NCBI GenBank assembly: GCA_963713925.1
Contig: OY970212.1
Location: 320,001 to 384,000, forward strand
Length of the DNA stretch: 64,000 bases
Direction of reading: 5' to 3'
Source of the DNA: an uncultured bacterium
GTDB lineage: Bacteria; Babelota; Babeliae; Babelales; Vermiphilaceae
The translations under genes were made by a program, and so were the position numbers. Below, piece after piece: positions 1 through 8,952 of the stretch. The notes beneath the pieces were generated by a model, which saw only the letters and a program-made list of their open reading frames with translations, was not told the origin of the DNA and ran no database searches. Every line of letters begins with the position of its first letter. The stretch's first letter is position 1.

Positions 1-1
1 T

Positions 2-511
2 CAATGTCGTTATTGTGGTCCCCGTCGCTATCGCAATAGCAGTGGCTATTTTAGGATTTTCTTTTGCGAGCGCAACAACACTTTTTGCATATTCAGATGC
101 TTTTTTGACAATAGTAGAGTTAATAGCTGATTCATATTGCTTTTGTGCAAACTCTTTTACTTGAGTAAATTTGTTACCCACTTCAAGACCCGTGATGCGA
201 TCTTTTATTGCATCAAGCTTTGGTTGAGCATATTCAGAAGCATTTTTTGCTTGAGAAGAAACAAAAGTTGTTGTGACGTCCCACATGCGCGGCAACAAGT
301 TCTTTGTTGCTTCCTGCGTAATCGCTGGAGCTGCAGGTTGTTCTTGAGTTACTTCTTGAGCAACATTGTTTGCAACTGCAGCTATTTCAGCTGCCAAGCG
401 AGCAGATTCTGCTGCTTTTGCAACGATTGTTTGTCTCATATTGCCGCTGTTTTCAGATGCAAATGCAACTGAGCAGGCAGCGAACGATAAAAGGATTAAT
501 TGTTTTTTCAT
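2..511 (-). CDS. Secreted/membrane-anchored hypothetical protein, partial (runs off the window start)
   Basis: Manual translation from ATG 511: MKKQLILLSFAACSVAFASENS...ENPKIATAIAIATGTTITTL; open to the window edge; RBS GAGG; not in the ORF track. Confidence 0.8.
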   Translation of the reverse strand, partial: MKKQLILLSFAACSVAFASENSGNMRQTIVAKAAESARLAAEIAAVANNVAQEVTQEQPAAPAITQEATKNLLPRMWDVTTTFVSSQAKNASEYAQPKLDAIKDRITGLEVGNKFTQVKEFAQKQYESAINSTIVKKASEYAKSVVALAKENPKIATAIAIATGTTITTL

Positions 512-982
512 AATAAACCTCATTATTTAGATCATTAAAATGACAATGGGAGCATGGATCTTTTTCAAGAATCTCTCCCTCCATATAGCTCATTTGAATA
601 ACATGCGAGCGTTTCTTGTATTCGTTGTTGCTGCTCCTTTGCTACGGCATGGTTCACTCTTTGTTCAGCATATTTTTTAAATGTTCGTATGGCAGCCATT
701 TGGACTTCATAGGTATGACCAGAGGTATAAGCACAAATGATTGCGTGTGAGTAGCACATAGAATGAAGTAATCGGACAGAGTTTTCGAAGAAGGGCTCAT
801 TCTCTCTTTGGTATGTGTTATAGCAATTAATCATTGTTTGCACCAAAAGTGCGCATTGTTCGTCAAAACATTTCTTTTCTTGCAACACAAGTACGTTTTG
901 TTGTTCATCACAGCCCTTTGCAAATGCAACTGAGCATGCAGCCAACGATAAAAGGATTAATTGTTTTTTCATAATAAACCTC
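458..982. repeat. 64-bp direct repeat (458-521 and 919-982) covering RBS and signal peptide of two adjacent genes
   Basis: tgcaaatgcaactgagca[g/t]gcagc[g/c]aacgataaaaggattaattgttttttcataataaacctc occurs twice with 2 mismatches. Confidence 0.9.
565..972 (-). CDS. Secreted hypothetical protein
   Basis: Signal peptide MKKQLILLSLAACSVAFA; RBS GAGG. Confidence 0.8.
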   Translation of the reverse strand: MKKQLILLSLAACSVAFAKGCDEQQNVLVLQEKKCFDEQCALLVQTMINCYNTYQRENEPFFENSVRLLHSMCYSHAIICAYTSGHTYEVQMAAIRTFKKYAEQRVNHAVAKEQQQRIQETLACYSNELYGGRDS

Positions 983-993
983 GCTTTAGAGAA

Positions 994-1575
994 TTAAAAT
1001 AATAACGAAAAGATAGATCTCTTTTTTAAAGCTTCGAAAATATTTCGTGACGATTCTACCAAGGCTTTTTTATTATTAGTGTCGTACGCAACAAGATATT
1101 CCCTGAGTTCTTCTTGTAGTGCATCATTAGAATCGATTTCTTTTGTTACATCTCTTAAGTGTTCATAATTTAGCTTTATCCCGTACAGTCTTCGAATTGT
1201 TTGCAAAAATTTTGGATTTTGAGCTTTTTGTCCCGATGAATTGCATTGATCCCAATCCATGTCAAAAGCCTTATTGAGCTGATTTTTTATGGATTGCTTT
1301 TTTACAAATACGAAGCCTGCAGCTGCGGCAAGGGCGGTTCCCGATGCGGCAATGTATGGATGGTTGAGAACTTGATTCCAGCCACCTTTTGCGGCATTCC
1401 AACTAGCTGTTGCGACTGTGTTAACCATTGAGCGCACAGGGATTTGTTTGCAATATTCAACGGCAGATGATAGGAACTCTTGAGCATGAGCCTTGAGCTC
1501 TTTGATTCCTGCCTGGGCAGGTATATTGGTGAGTAATAAGGATGCACCTATTACGTTTAATACTATTCTTTTCAT
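994..1575 (-). CDS. Secreted, membrane-anchored hypothetical protein
   Basis: Signal peptide ending AQA; hydrophobic HPYIAASGTALAAAAGFVFV; RBS GGAGG. Confidence 0.8.
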   Translation of the reverse strand: MKRIVLNVIGASLLLTNIPAQAGIKELKAHAQEFLSSAVEYCKQIPVRSMVNTVATASWNAAKGGWNQVLNHPYIAASGTALAAAAGFVFVKKQSIKNQLNKAFDMDWDQCNSSGQKAQNPKFLQTIRRLYGIKLNYEHLRDVTKEIDSNDALQEELREYLVAYDTNNKKALVESSRNIFEALKKRSIFSLLF

Positions 1576-1833
1576 AATTAACCTCCAAATCAGTTAAAAG
1601 ATAGGTATAAAATACCTGAACTAGGGTCCCATACGGAGCATGAGCGCAGTATGGGTATAAAAACAGGCTATTTTATACTCTGTTTCTACTTCTTATGATA
1701 CCTGATTGAGCGCCTTGAGCAAGGGCTCAATTGACAAATAGAAAACATTGGTAGGGGGTGGCAGGTAAGGGCTTAGATTGAGGTGTTAACGGATCTCACG
1801 CGCAGTTCTACAAAACATCGGGTATAAATAAAA

Positions 1834-1860
1834 ATGGCCCGAGGAATTTCCTCGGGCCAT
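1834..1860 (-). terminator. Rho-independent terminator
   Basis: atggcccgagga-a-tttcctcgggccat hairpin followed by a T-run on the minus strand, downstream of 1883..2278. Confidence 0.75.
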
Positions 1861-1882
1861 CAAATTCTATAAAACAGAAATC

Positions 1883-2278
1883 TTACTCAAGATCTTCGTT
1901 TTCATCGTTGCCAAGAACTGCGGCTTTAATTGCGTCCTTGTAGTAGACTGCTGTTGCAGCCGCTGCAGCAACAGTAAGAGTTGTAGCAGCTGAGATGTAA
2001 GGATGAGCTTTGAAGGTTTTGTTCCAGAATGAAACCGGAGCGGTAACAAAAACAGCGTTTGCTCCTTTAACAGCAGCTGACTTGGTCGCTTTAGCAAAAG
2101 TTGCAATAGCCGATGCCGGGGTTACAACTGTGGTGTTCCAAACAGTTGAGCCAGCTGACTTAAGGGTAGCAGCTACACGAGCAAGGCGTGAAGGAGTTGC
2201 TACTTTAACTTCAGCAGCGTTGTTTTGAGCAACAACTAACATTGCAGCAAATACAAAAGCATTCATATAACGGTTCAT
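1883..2278 (-). CDS. Secreted Ala-rich protein with C-terminal TM helix
   Basis: Signal peptide; HPYISAATTLTVAAAAATAVYY; RBS AAGGA. Confidence 0.8.
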   Translation of the reverse strand: MNRYMNAFVFAAMLVVAQNNAAEVKVATPSRLARVAATLKSAGSTVWNTTVVTPASAIATFAKATKSAAVKGANAVFVTAPVSFWNKTFKAHPYISAATTLTVAAAAATAVYYKDAIKAAVLGNDENEDLE

Positions 2279-2306
2279 AAAATATCCTTATGAATATGAG
2301 TTTGGT

Positions 2307-2837
2307 TTAATTAACTTCGTTTACAGGTTTATTTTCAGCGACATCTTGAGAGTCTTCGTGCAACAACTTGTATGTTTGATACACACCGGCCGCAACAATA
2401 ACAATTGAGCTTGCGATTGCTATCGGTTTCAAATACGCGTCTTTCCATTGACCGAGTTTTTCAACAACATGATTTATTTTTTCAGAAGAAATCACGTTGG
2501 AGGTTGATTCAACAGCAGTGTTCTGTTCAGTGCTTACAACGGGTTCGATTTGTGTGGCTACCGTAACTTCAGCAATGGTATCGGTGATTACAGGAGTAAC
2601 AGTAGATGTTTGAACTTCTTTTTGCGTTTGCCCAAAAAATGGTGCAATACGATCTTTGGCGGATGTTAAAGCAGAAGCTAAGGTTTTTGTGATGCCGACA
2701 ACAAAAGCGCGCTCTTGTTGATTTGATGTTCTATTAACCGAATCAACAAATGGATTCAACTCCGGGTCAAAATCGGCGCCCTTAACATGTGTATTTGCAA
2801 TAATAGTCAATGTTGCTAGAAAAATTGTGGTTCTCAC
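2307..2837 (-). CDS. Secreted protein with C-terminal TM helix
   Basis: GTG start with AGGAG; signal peptide; KPIAIASSIVIVAAGVYQTY. Confidence 0.8.
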   Translation of the reverse strand: MRTTIFLATLTIIANTHVKGADFDPELNPFVDSVNRTSNQQERAFVVGITKTLASALTSAKDRIAPFFGQTQKEVQTSTVTPVITDTIAEVTVATQIEPVVSTEQNTAVESTSNVISSEKINHVVEKLGQWKDAYLKPIAIASSIVIVAAGVYQTYKLLHEDSQDVAENKPVNEVN

Positions 2838-2943
2838 AAAGCACTCCTAAAAAAGAAAAGATGTTGCAAACAGTAATCAGCTTAGTTTAAAATACCGTAT
2901 TTGTCAAAAAAAGAGCCTGGAAAGCGTCGTTTTTTATTCTTTG

Positions 2944-3047
2944 CACCTAAGCTCACTGCATTCCGCTGGGGACCCATTTTTTTACCCAAGCTCACGGCGC
3001 TGCACTTGGGGCCCAATTTGGGAGTCCCCCATTTTAAAATGGGGGTT
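2944..3047. repeat. Cluster of three GGGYCCC...GGGTA mini-hairpin repeats
   Basis: 2944-2975 (-), 2983-3014 (-), 3021-3047 (+); same ends as the other family members. Confidence 0.75.
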
Positions 3048-3049
3048 AC

Positions 3050-3598
3050 TTATTCGTCTTGGCACTCATCGTCACAATCATCACAATCTTCTTCATCACA
3101 TTCAGATTGTGTAGCAGCATTATACTCTTCTTCCGCCGATAGGGCTCGGGCAACTTCCATAAGCAGGATCATAGGGGCAAACTTTTCCGCTGCCGCTTTG
3201 TCTTCCACTGCTGATTGCAGGTCTTCAATAGCTGCAAATTGATCAGCGCCTGTTTTAAACCAGCTGCCGGTGTTGAGGAGCTTGTTGAGCGCTTCCAAAA
3301 GAAGAGTGCCTTCCTTTACGAACGCTTTTTCATTATTTGAAACCTGAGCATGCACCATACGAGCGCCATGCTTTGTCAGGTTGCCGATGAGTTCGGTTTT
3401 GGTTGCCTCATCTATGCCATTTATTGTTGCCACTTGGTACACGATACCATTGATCGATTCTTGAAATGTTTCATGGATGCCCTCATTGGCAAACATAATG
3501 GGTAAATCGGGAATAGTGGCTTTATTTTTGAATTCTGTAATAACAGTAATGCATCCTTCTTTGAATGCATCGATCATCATTTTGCTTACTGCGTCCAT
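3050..3598 (-). CDS. Hypothetical protein with acidic/Cys-rich C-terminal tail
   Basis: 182-aa ORF ending SECDEEDCDDCDDECQDE. Confidence 0.75.
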   Translation of the reverse strand: MDAVSKMMIDAFKEGCITVITEFKNKATIPDLPIMFANEGIHETFQESINGIVYQVATINGIDEATKTELIGNLTKHGARMVHAQVSNNEKAFVKEGTLLLEALNKLLNTGSWFKTGADQFAAIEDLQSAVEDKAAAEKFAPMILLMEVARALSAEEEYNAATQSECDEEDCDDCDDECQDE

Positions 3599-3679
3599 AA
3601 CATGCCTTTATATTAAAAAATTGAAATTATAAGTTTATAGCCAGTATAACAAAAATTCGATTTTTTAAAAGTTTGTCAG

Positions 3680-3722
3680 AAAAAAGAGATGAGCCTTTTG
3701 TATTGGCTCATCTCTTTTTTTT
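3680..3722. terminator. Bidirectional Rho-independent terminator
   Basis: aaaaaagagatgagcc-N9-ggctcatctctttttt. Confidence 0.8.
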
Positions 3723-3734
3723 AATTAAATCTTT

Positions 3735-4196
3735 TTATACATTCAACAATTCAACATCAAAAATAAGGGCAGCATGAGGTGGAATAATTCTTCCGGCTCC
3801 GTGGGCTCCGTATCCAAGGTTGGCAGGGATATAGAGACGCCTGATTTCGCCCACTTTCATACCCATAACACCCTCATCCCAGCCACGGATGACATGCCCT
3901 GTGCCAATGACAAAGGTAAACGGTTGCTTTCGATCGTGGCTGCTATCAAATTTGGTGCCCGGGGCTCCATTGGTATCAAGCCAGCCGGTGTAATGAACTG
4001 TTACCGGTTTGCCTTTGGTTGGGGTTGCTCCGGTGCCTTCTTTGATGATTTCATAAGTGAGGCCAGAAGCTGTTTTAATTTTTGTCATACATTTTTCCTG
4101 TGTTGTTTGAGATGGTTTTTTGCCTTGCTGATCACCGCCGCATCCTGTAATTATAAAAAGTGAGATACAAAGCGAAGTCAGTGCAATATGGTTCAT
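3735..4196 (-). CDS. FKBP-type peptidyl-prolyl cis-trans isomerase with lipoprotein signal (Mip-like)
   Basis: VTVHYTGWL, KFDSSHDR, VIRGWDEG, LIFDVELL; lipobox IITG-C. Confidence 0.93.
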   Translation of the reverse strand: MNHIALTSLCISLFIITGCGGDQQGKKPSQTTQEKCMTKIKTASGLTYEIIKEGTGATPTKGKPVTVHYTGWLDTNGAPGTKFDSSHDRKQPFTFVIGTGHVIRGWDEGVMGMKVGEIRRLYIPANLGYGAHGAGRIIPPHAALIFDVELLNV

Positions 4197-4303
4197 GACA
4201 ATTCCTTTTTTTATCCATACCGCTGTATGGGCATTTTTAAAATGTTTTTATATGGTATCATATTTTTGTATCCATAGCTAAAAACTGTTTTAATAGGCTC
4301 ATT

Positions 4304-5401
4304 TTGCCCATTTTCATGCCATACCCTATTGTCAAACTCACGCCGCCCCTGTTGTCTCCAGAGAATATCAAAGAAAAAATCATATGCATTCGAGGCCACC
4401 GAGAGCGCATGTTCAGAATTGAGCATGAATTCTCGTCTGGGAAACACGTTTTCCACAACTATGGTCATGGCGGGGCCGGGTTTACCTTTTTGCCGGCGGC
4501 TATTAACGAATCATTTCGGCAATTTGATAAGGCGATCGAAAACAAGTTAATAACCTTCGATATGCGTGCGACCGTTATTGGAGCCGGATGTTATGGATTG
4601 CTGTCGGCTATTATGCTCTCTCGCCGAGGTTTTTCAGTTACTATTGTAGCCAAAGAGACCAAAGAAATTCCTTCATACAAGGCTGCCGGGTTCTTTTTTC
4701 CTCGTGCACGAAAGCGATCAACGGCTGAGGAACAAGCCCTTTTTGAGCGTTACGGGCTTGAATCGTATCTAGAATATGCGAGTATTATAGCCGGTAAGCA
4801 TCCATTTTTAACAACGGGAGCACGGATCATCCCCGGTTATTTTGGACTTGATGTAAACCCGGGTTTTGAACCGTACATTGTCGCCGGATTAATGAGTGGG
4901 CCAAGAATGGTCACCGTAGATTTTTATAACCCCAAACAGGCAAGCCTCGATCATGGAATGATGCATACCATGCTCGAATATCAATGCTTATTTGTTTCCG
5001 TAACGGCATTAATGAATGAATTACAGACATTGAGGCTGAAGTATGATATTCCAATCATAGAAAAAGAGATCAGCTCATTTGATGAGGTAGAATCGCCAAT
5101 TATCTTCAATTGCGCTGGTTTTGGGGCAAAGCAGTTAACGGGAGACAAGAAGATGCTCCCGGTCCAAGGTCATTTAATAAGTCTGCAAGATCAGCCGGAT
5201 TGCGATGAACGTGATTATCTGATTAACATGAAAATGACGGTGACTGATGAATATGGCACTCGTGATGAACTGCTCTATTATGCTCCCAAGGGTGAAGGGA
5301 TTTTGGGGATAACATTCAAGCGAAATCAGGCTTCGCTTGAGACAAATCACCATGAGTTTGACAGGTTGCTGCGTAGAGCGCGGGACTTTTTTGGACAGTA
5401 A
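4304..5401 (+). CDS. FAD-dependent oxidoreductase, D-amino-acid oxidase family (permuted motif order)
   Basis: HNYGHGGAG, VIGAGCYG (GxGxxG), IFNCAGFGA, PVQGHL. Confidence 0.8.
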   Translation: MPIFMPYPIVKLTPPLLSPENIKEKIICIRGHRERMFRIEHEFSSGKHVFHNYGHGGAGFTFLPAAINESFRQFDKAIENKLITFDMRATVIGAGCYGLLSAIMLSRRGFSVTIVAKETKEIPSYKAAGFFFPRARKRSTAEEQALFERYGLESYLEYASIIAGKHPFLTTGARIIPGYFGLDVNPGFEPYIVAGLMSGPRMVTVDFYNPKQASLDHGMMHTMLEYQCLFVSVTALMNELQTLRLKYDIPIIEKEISSFDEVESPIIFNCAGFGAKQLTGDKKMLPVQGHLISLQDQPDCDERDYLINMKMTVTDEYGTRDELLYYAPKGEGILGITFKRNQASLETNHHEFDRLLRRARDFFGQ

Positions 5402-5440
5402 AAAATTTTACAAGCCGGAGCAAATCCTTTGATAGTTGAT

Positions 5441-5878
5441 TTAGATAAATCTATCTTGAGGAACTACATAAAATTCGCTTGTTTTATACCGCTGAATAAC
5501 GGATTCTATGGTGCTCTCGTTTTGCAACGACGGTGAGTAGTAGTACACTGTTTCATTGTCTGCTTGGATCTTTCTTCGCGCAAAGACGTCAATGGCGACA
5601 GGTTGTGGTTCACCGAGCAAGTATCTGTATTTCACGAGTTCAGCAATAGTATTGATAGTGGCTTTTTTATCGTATCGTTCAACTATGCATATCATCTCTT
5701 TTTCAGTTCGTTCTTCGTATGGATAGTCTTGGCCGATACCCCGACTCACCGTTTTAGGGCCAAGAAGGGTGATTATTTTTAAGGAATCGCCAGGTTCTTG
5801 AGGAAGCAGTTGTTCTTCCGCAGAGAACAGCATAGTTGTTGCGACAAGAAGCAATGATAAAAAGAATGTTGTTTTCAT
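5441..5878 (-). CDS. Secreted hypothetical protein, apparent paralog of 7179..7541
   Basis: Signal peptide MKTTFFLSLLLVATTMLFS; RBS GAGGA. Confidence 0.75.
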   Translation of the reverse strand: MKTTFFLSLLLVATTMLFSAEEQLLPQEPGDSLKIITLLGPKTVSRGIGQDYPYEERTEKEMICIVERYDKKATINTIAELVKYRYLLGEPQPVAIDVFARRKIQADNETVYYYSPSLQNESTIESVIQRYKTSEFYVVPQDRFI

Positions 5879-5970
5879 AATTTCCTCAATGAAGAGATGC
5901 TATTACTTTATGATATTACTTTATTTGTAATAAATTTCAAAGTGGAGTCGAATTATGGTATTTTTTATAC

Positions 5971-6540
5971 ATGTTTTTTATAAAGAGGTTTTTTATGTCA
6001 TTTCTACAGCACATTTCCGCACAGCCCCACACGTATGCAATAATCGAAACTCCTTTGGGAGATATGATAGCCATAGCAAACGAGAAAGCTCTTGCTCTCC
6101 TTACATTTGTTGACTCGGTATCATCAATACTCCGCGAACAGCTTGAGCGTTTAAAAAAATCGCAACACTTAGTTGAAGGATCAAATAAACCATTGCAATC
6201 AATCGAGGCTGAGCTTACGGGTCACTTTCGGGGAACGATCACTTCATTTGCAACACCAATTGAATTCTGCGGAACTGATTTTCAAAAGACGGTCTGGCAC
6301 AATCTTATGATGGTCAGACAGGGTGTTACGCAAACATACACGGATCTTGCTATTGCAACGGGTGATAAAAAAGCAGTTCGTGCCGTTGCGCAAGCAAATG
6401 CGAGAAATAAATATGTTATCATAGTTCCATGCCATCGTATTATTGCAAAAAATGGAAAGCTTGGTGGATACAGCTGTGGACTTGTGCGCAAACAATGGTT
6501 GCTTGCGCATGAAAGAACCATGAAAAAGGAATTGGTATGA
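5971..6540 (+). CDS. ogt: Methylated-DNA-protein-cysteine methyltransferase
   Basis: GTDFQKTVW, AVRAVA, IVPCHRII active-site motif, LGGY. Confidence 0.93.
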   Translation: MFFIKRFFMSFLQHISAQPHTYAIIETPLGDMIAIANEKALALLTFVDSVSSILREQLERLKKSQHLVEGSNKPLQSIEAELTGHFRGTITSFATPIEFCGTDFQKTVWHNLMMVRQGVTQTYTDLAIATGDKKAVRAVAQANARNKYVIIVPCHRIIAKNGKLGGYSCGLVRKQWLLAHERTMKKELV

Positions 6541-7097
6541 TTAAAAAGAGATGTTTTGGTGATGGGCCGGGCAAAGAGTTTTACGCGGAATATCATGACA
6601 ATCAATGGGGAGTTCCCGTGCATGATGATCGATTATTATTTGAAATGCTCATTTTAGAAGGTGCTCAGGCTGGATTGAGTTGGGAAACCATTCTCAAGCG
6701 CCGAGCAGGCTATAAAAAAGCATTTCACAATTTTGATATACAAAAGGTTGCCCACATAACTGATAAGCAGTTGGAAGCTCTGCTATCAGACACTGATATC
6801 ATTCGCAACAAACTCAAGATACACAGTGCGCGCACCAATGCACGAGTCGTGCTTGATATCATTAAAGAGTTCGGTTCATTAGACGATTATTTTTGGGCAT
6901 ATGTAAAAAATAAGCCGCTCGTCAATCGAATGAGCAGCTTGAAAGATTTACCAACGCACACACCAATTAGTGATGCTATTTCAAAAGATCTTAAAAAACG
7001 CGGGATGAGTTTTGTCGGTACGACCATTATCTATGCATTTATGCAGGCCGTTGGGATAACCGATGATCATTTGAAATGGTGTTTTAAAGCAAAATGA
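6537..7097 (+). CDS. tag: DNA-3-methyladenine glycosylase I
   Basis: YHDNQWGVP, LEGAQAGLSW, IIRNKLKI, DDHLKWC; ATGA overlap with ogt. Confidence 0.95.
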   Translation: MIKKRCFGDGPGKEFYAEYHDNQWGVPVHDDRLLFEMLILEGAQAGLSWETILKRRAGYKKAFHNFDIQKVAHITDKQLEALLSDTDIIRNKLKIHSARTNARVVLDIIKEFGSLDDYFWAYVKNKPLVNRMSSLKDLPTHTPISDAISKDLKKRGMSFVGTTIIYAFMQAVGITDDHLKWCFKAK

Positions 7098-7117
7098 ATT
7101 ATCCCATGTACACATGG

Positions 7118-7164
7118 GCATCAATGAAAAGAGCGCGCGGATTGTGCACTCTTTTCATTGATGC
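7118..7164. terminator. Long hairpin between convergent genes
   Basis: gcatcaatgaaaagag...ctcttttcattgatgc. Confidence 0.7.
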
Positions 7165-7178
7165 TATTGCTTGTCAAT

Positions 7179-7541
7179 TTACAGACCATCCTCTGTGCCG
7201 ATAGAAAATTCTTGGACTTGGGTCTTCCTGCATATCGAATAGAATTCCCCTCTGGGATATTTATGTAAAACGTCAGCTAACGTTTGCTGTGTGTCAACCA
7301 GACCTTCATATCTCCAGTGATCGTTTTGAAAAGTACGAACGCCGACAGAAACAGGATGATCCTTTGAAAGTCGTCTGGTTAGATCATCTATGGTTTGTGT
7401 TGAATGCAAGTACTCCGTTTGTTGAAAATCTTCAAGTGCAGAGATTTGGTTTACGGTAATTTTTAATATTTTTCCATTCTCGCAAGAGAAAGCAGTTTGC
7501 GTGATCAATGCGCATACGACAATGATAAGATATTTATTCAT
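7179..7541 (-). CDS. Secreted hypothetical protein
   Basis: Signal peptide MNKYLIIVVCALITQTAFS. Confidence 0.75.
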   Translation of the reverse strand: MNKYLIIVVCALITQTAFSCENGKILKITVNQISALEDFQQTEYLHSTQTIDDLTRRLSKDHPVSVGVRTFQNDHWRYEGLVDTQQTLADVLHKYPRGEFYSICRKTQVQEFSIGTEDGL

Positions 7542-7571
7542 AGCGATCTTTCGGGACAGTGACCAAGCAAT

Positions 7572-8471
7572 TTATTTTCTACAATTTTTATAGGCAAGAT
7601 ATGAACCTACAACAGCAAGTGCTGTTGAACTGGTTACCGCGAGTGGCTTCCAATATTCCTCTTTCCATTTGAAATTAGAAGTTTCTTTTGTTTTATCTTC
7701 TAATGAACTAAGTTGCTTTTCCATTTGTTGATTTTCTTTTTGAAGAATGCTCAAAGAAAGCCTTCCATGCCCTTCGTTAATCTTAGTTCGCACTTTTTTT
7801 AATTCTTCGAATGTCTTTTGAAGATTCGTATTATCAGGATCTTTTCGGAGATTATGTTGTAAGAGCTGTTCATCCCCTTCACTTTCTATAATCGTCTTTT
7901 GTAATTGCTCTTTATATTTTTTTTGGGCCTCGAGTTCTCGAATTTCGGCTGGCGTGAGGAGGTACTGAATTCCACGTGCAGCAAATGGAGCGAGTACCTG
8001 AGTTGCAACGGTAGGGACAAGTGCTTGTCCGAGTTGTAATGTCCCTAACCATACATTATGATCAAATGTTTTGGATTCTGCTTCAGCCTTCTTTTTATCA
8101 TTAAACATTTCCCTAGCCAAAGCTCGGTCATCAGCTTTATGAAACATGGTATTTTCGGCAAGATTTATTTCTGTCAGTAGCTTTTGAATCGCCAATTTTT
8201 GATATATCTTTGGATCGGCTTCTTCGGGAAGATTGGGATTATCGTGTGTTCTCGTATTTCGAGGTAGGGTGAAATGAGAGGAAGAGGCGCGGGGCGTTGT
8301 AGACTGCGGAGGGAAATGTGTTCGAGTCCTATCGTCTTGTACTTCTTCATCATCAATAATAATATCATCTGCATTTTGTGGATTGGTATCAGCAGCCTGA
8401 ATATTTGTTAATCCAAAAGAACTTATAATCAAAAGCAAAGAAAGAAAAGACAACCTTTTTTGCATACACAT
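7572..8471 (-). CDS. Secreted coiled-coil protein with internal and C-terminal hydrophobic helices
   Basis: Signal peptide; K/E/Q-rich helices; WKPLAVTSSTALAVVGSYLAY. Confidence 0.8.
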   Translation of the reverse strand: MCMQKRLSFLSLLLIISSFGLTNIQAADTNPQNADDIIIDDEEVQDDRTRTHFPPQSTTPRASSSHFTLPRNTRTHDNPNLPEEADPKIYQKLAIQKLLTEINLAENTMFHKADDRALAREMFNDKKKAEAESKTFDHNVWLGTLQLGQALVPTVATQVLAPFAARGIQYLLTPAEIRELEAQKKYKEQLQKTIIESEGDEQLLQHNLRKDPDNTNLQKTFEELKKVRTKINEGHGRLSLSILQKENQQMEKQLSSLEDKTKETSNFKWKEEYWKPLAVTSSTALAVVGSYLAYKNCRK

Positions 8472-8474
8472 TCC

Positions 8475-8924
8475 TTACAATATAAGCTTAAGTAATTTTT
8501 TCTCTTCTTTGTTCATTACTTTATACTCTGCTTCTGTTTCGTGATCATAACCGAGCACATGACAAATGCCATGCACAAGCAACACTTTCATGCGTTGTTC
8601 AAATGTGTGTCCCCAGCGCAATGCGTCGTGGAACACATAGTTGGGCGCGATGAGCAAATCTCCCAAGTTTTTATCTTCTTCAGATATTACTTTAATGCGT
8701 TGACCCGGCTTTAATTCTATATGAAACGGAAAAGAAAGTACATCCGTCGCTTTGTCTTTGTGCCGATAATCTTTGTTATACTGACGAATGGTAGAGTCTG
8801 AACACAGCCAAATGCCTAAATCAAAATCAGAATAATCAAGCGCATCAAGCACTATTTGCGCGTCGGTTCTCAATCGATTAACATCGATTTTTATTTTTCG
8901 TTGCGTATTACGAATGGTAATCAT
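8475..8924 (-). CDS. ybeY: rRNA maturation endoribonuclease YbeY
   Basis: YRHKDKATDVLSFP and HGICHVLGYDH. Confidence 0.95.
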   Translation of the reverse strand: MITIRNTQRKIKIDVNRLRTDAQIVLDALDYSDFDLGIWLCSDSTIRQYNKDYRHKDKATDVLSFPFHIELKPGQRIKVISEEDKNLGDLLIAPNYVFHDALRWGHTFEQRMKVLLVHGICHVLGYDHETEAEYKVMNKEEKKLLKLIL

Positions 8925-8952
8925 AAATTCCGATCATTCTTAACGTCGATCT

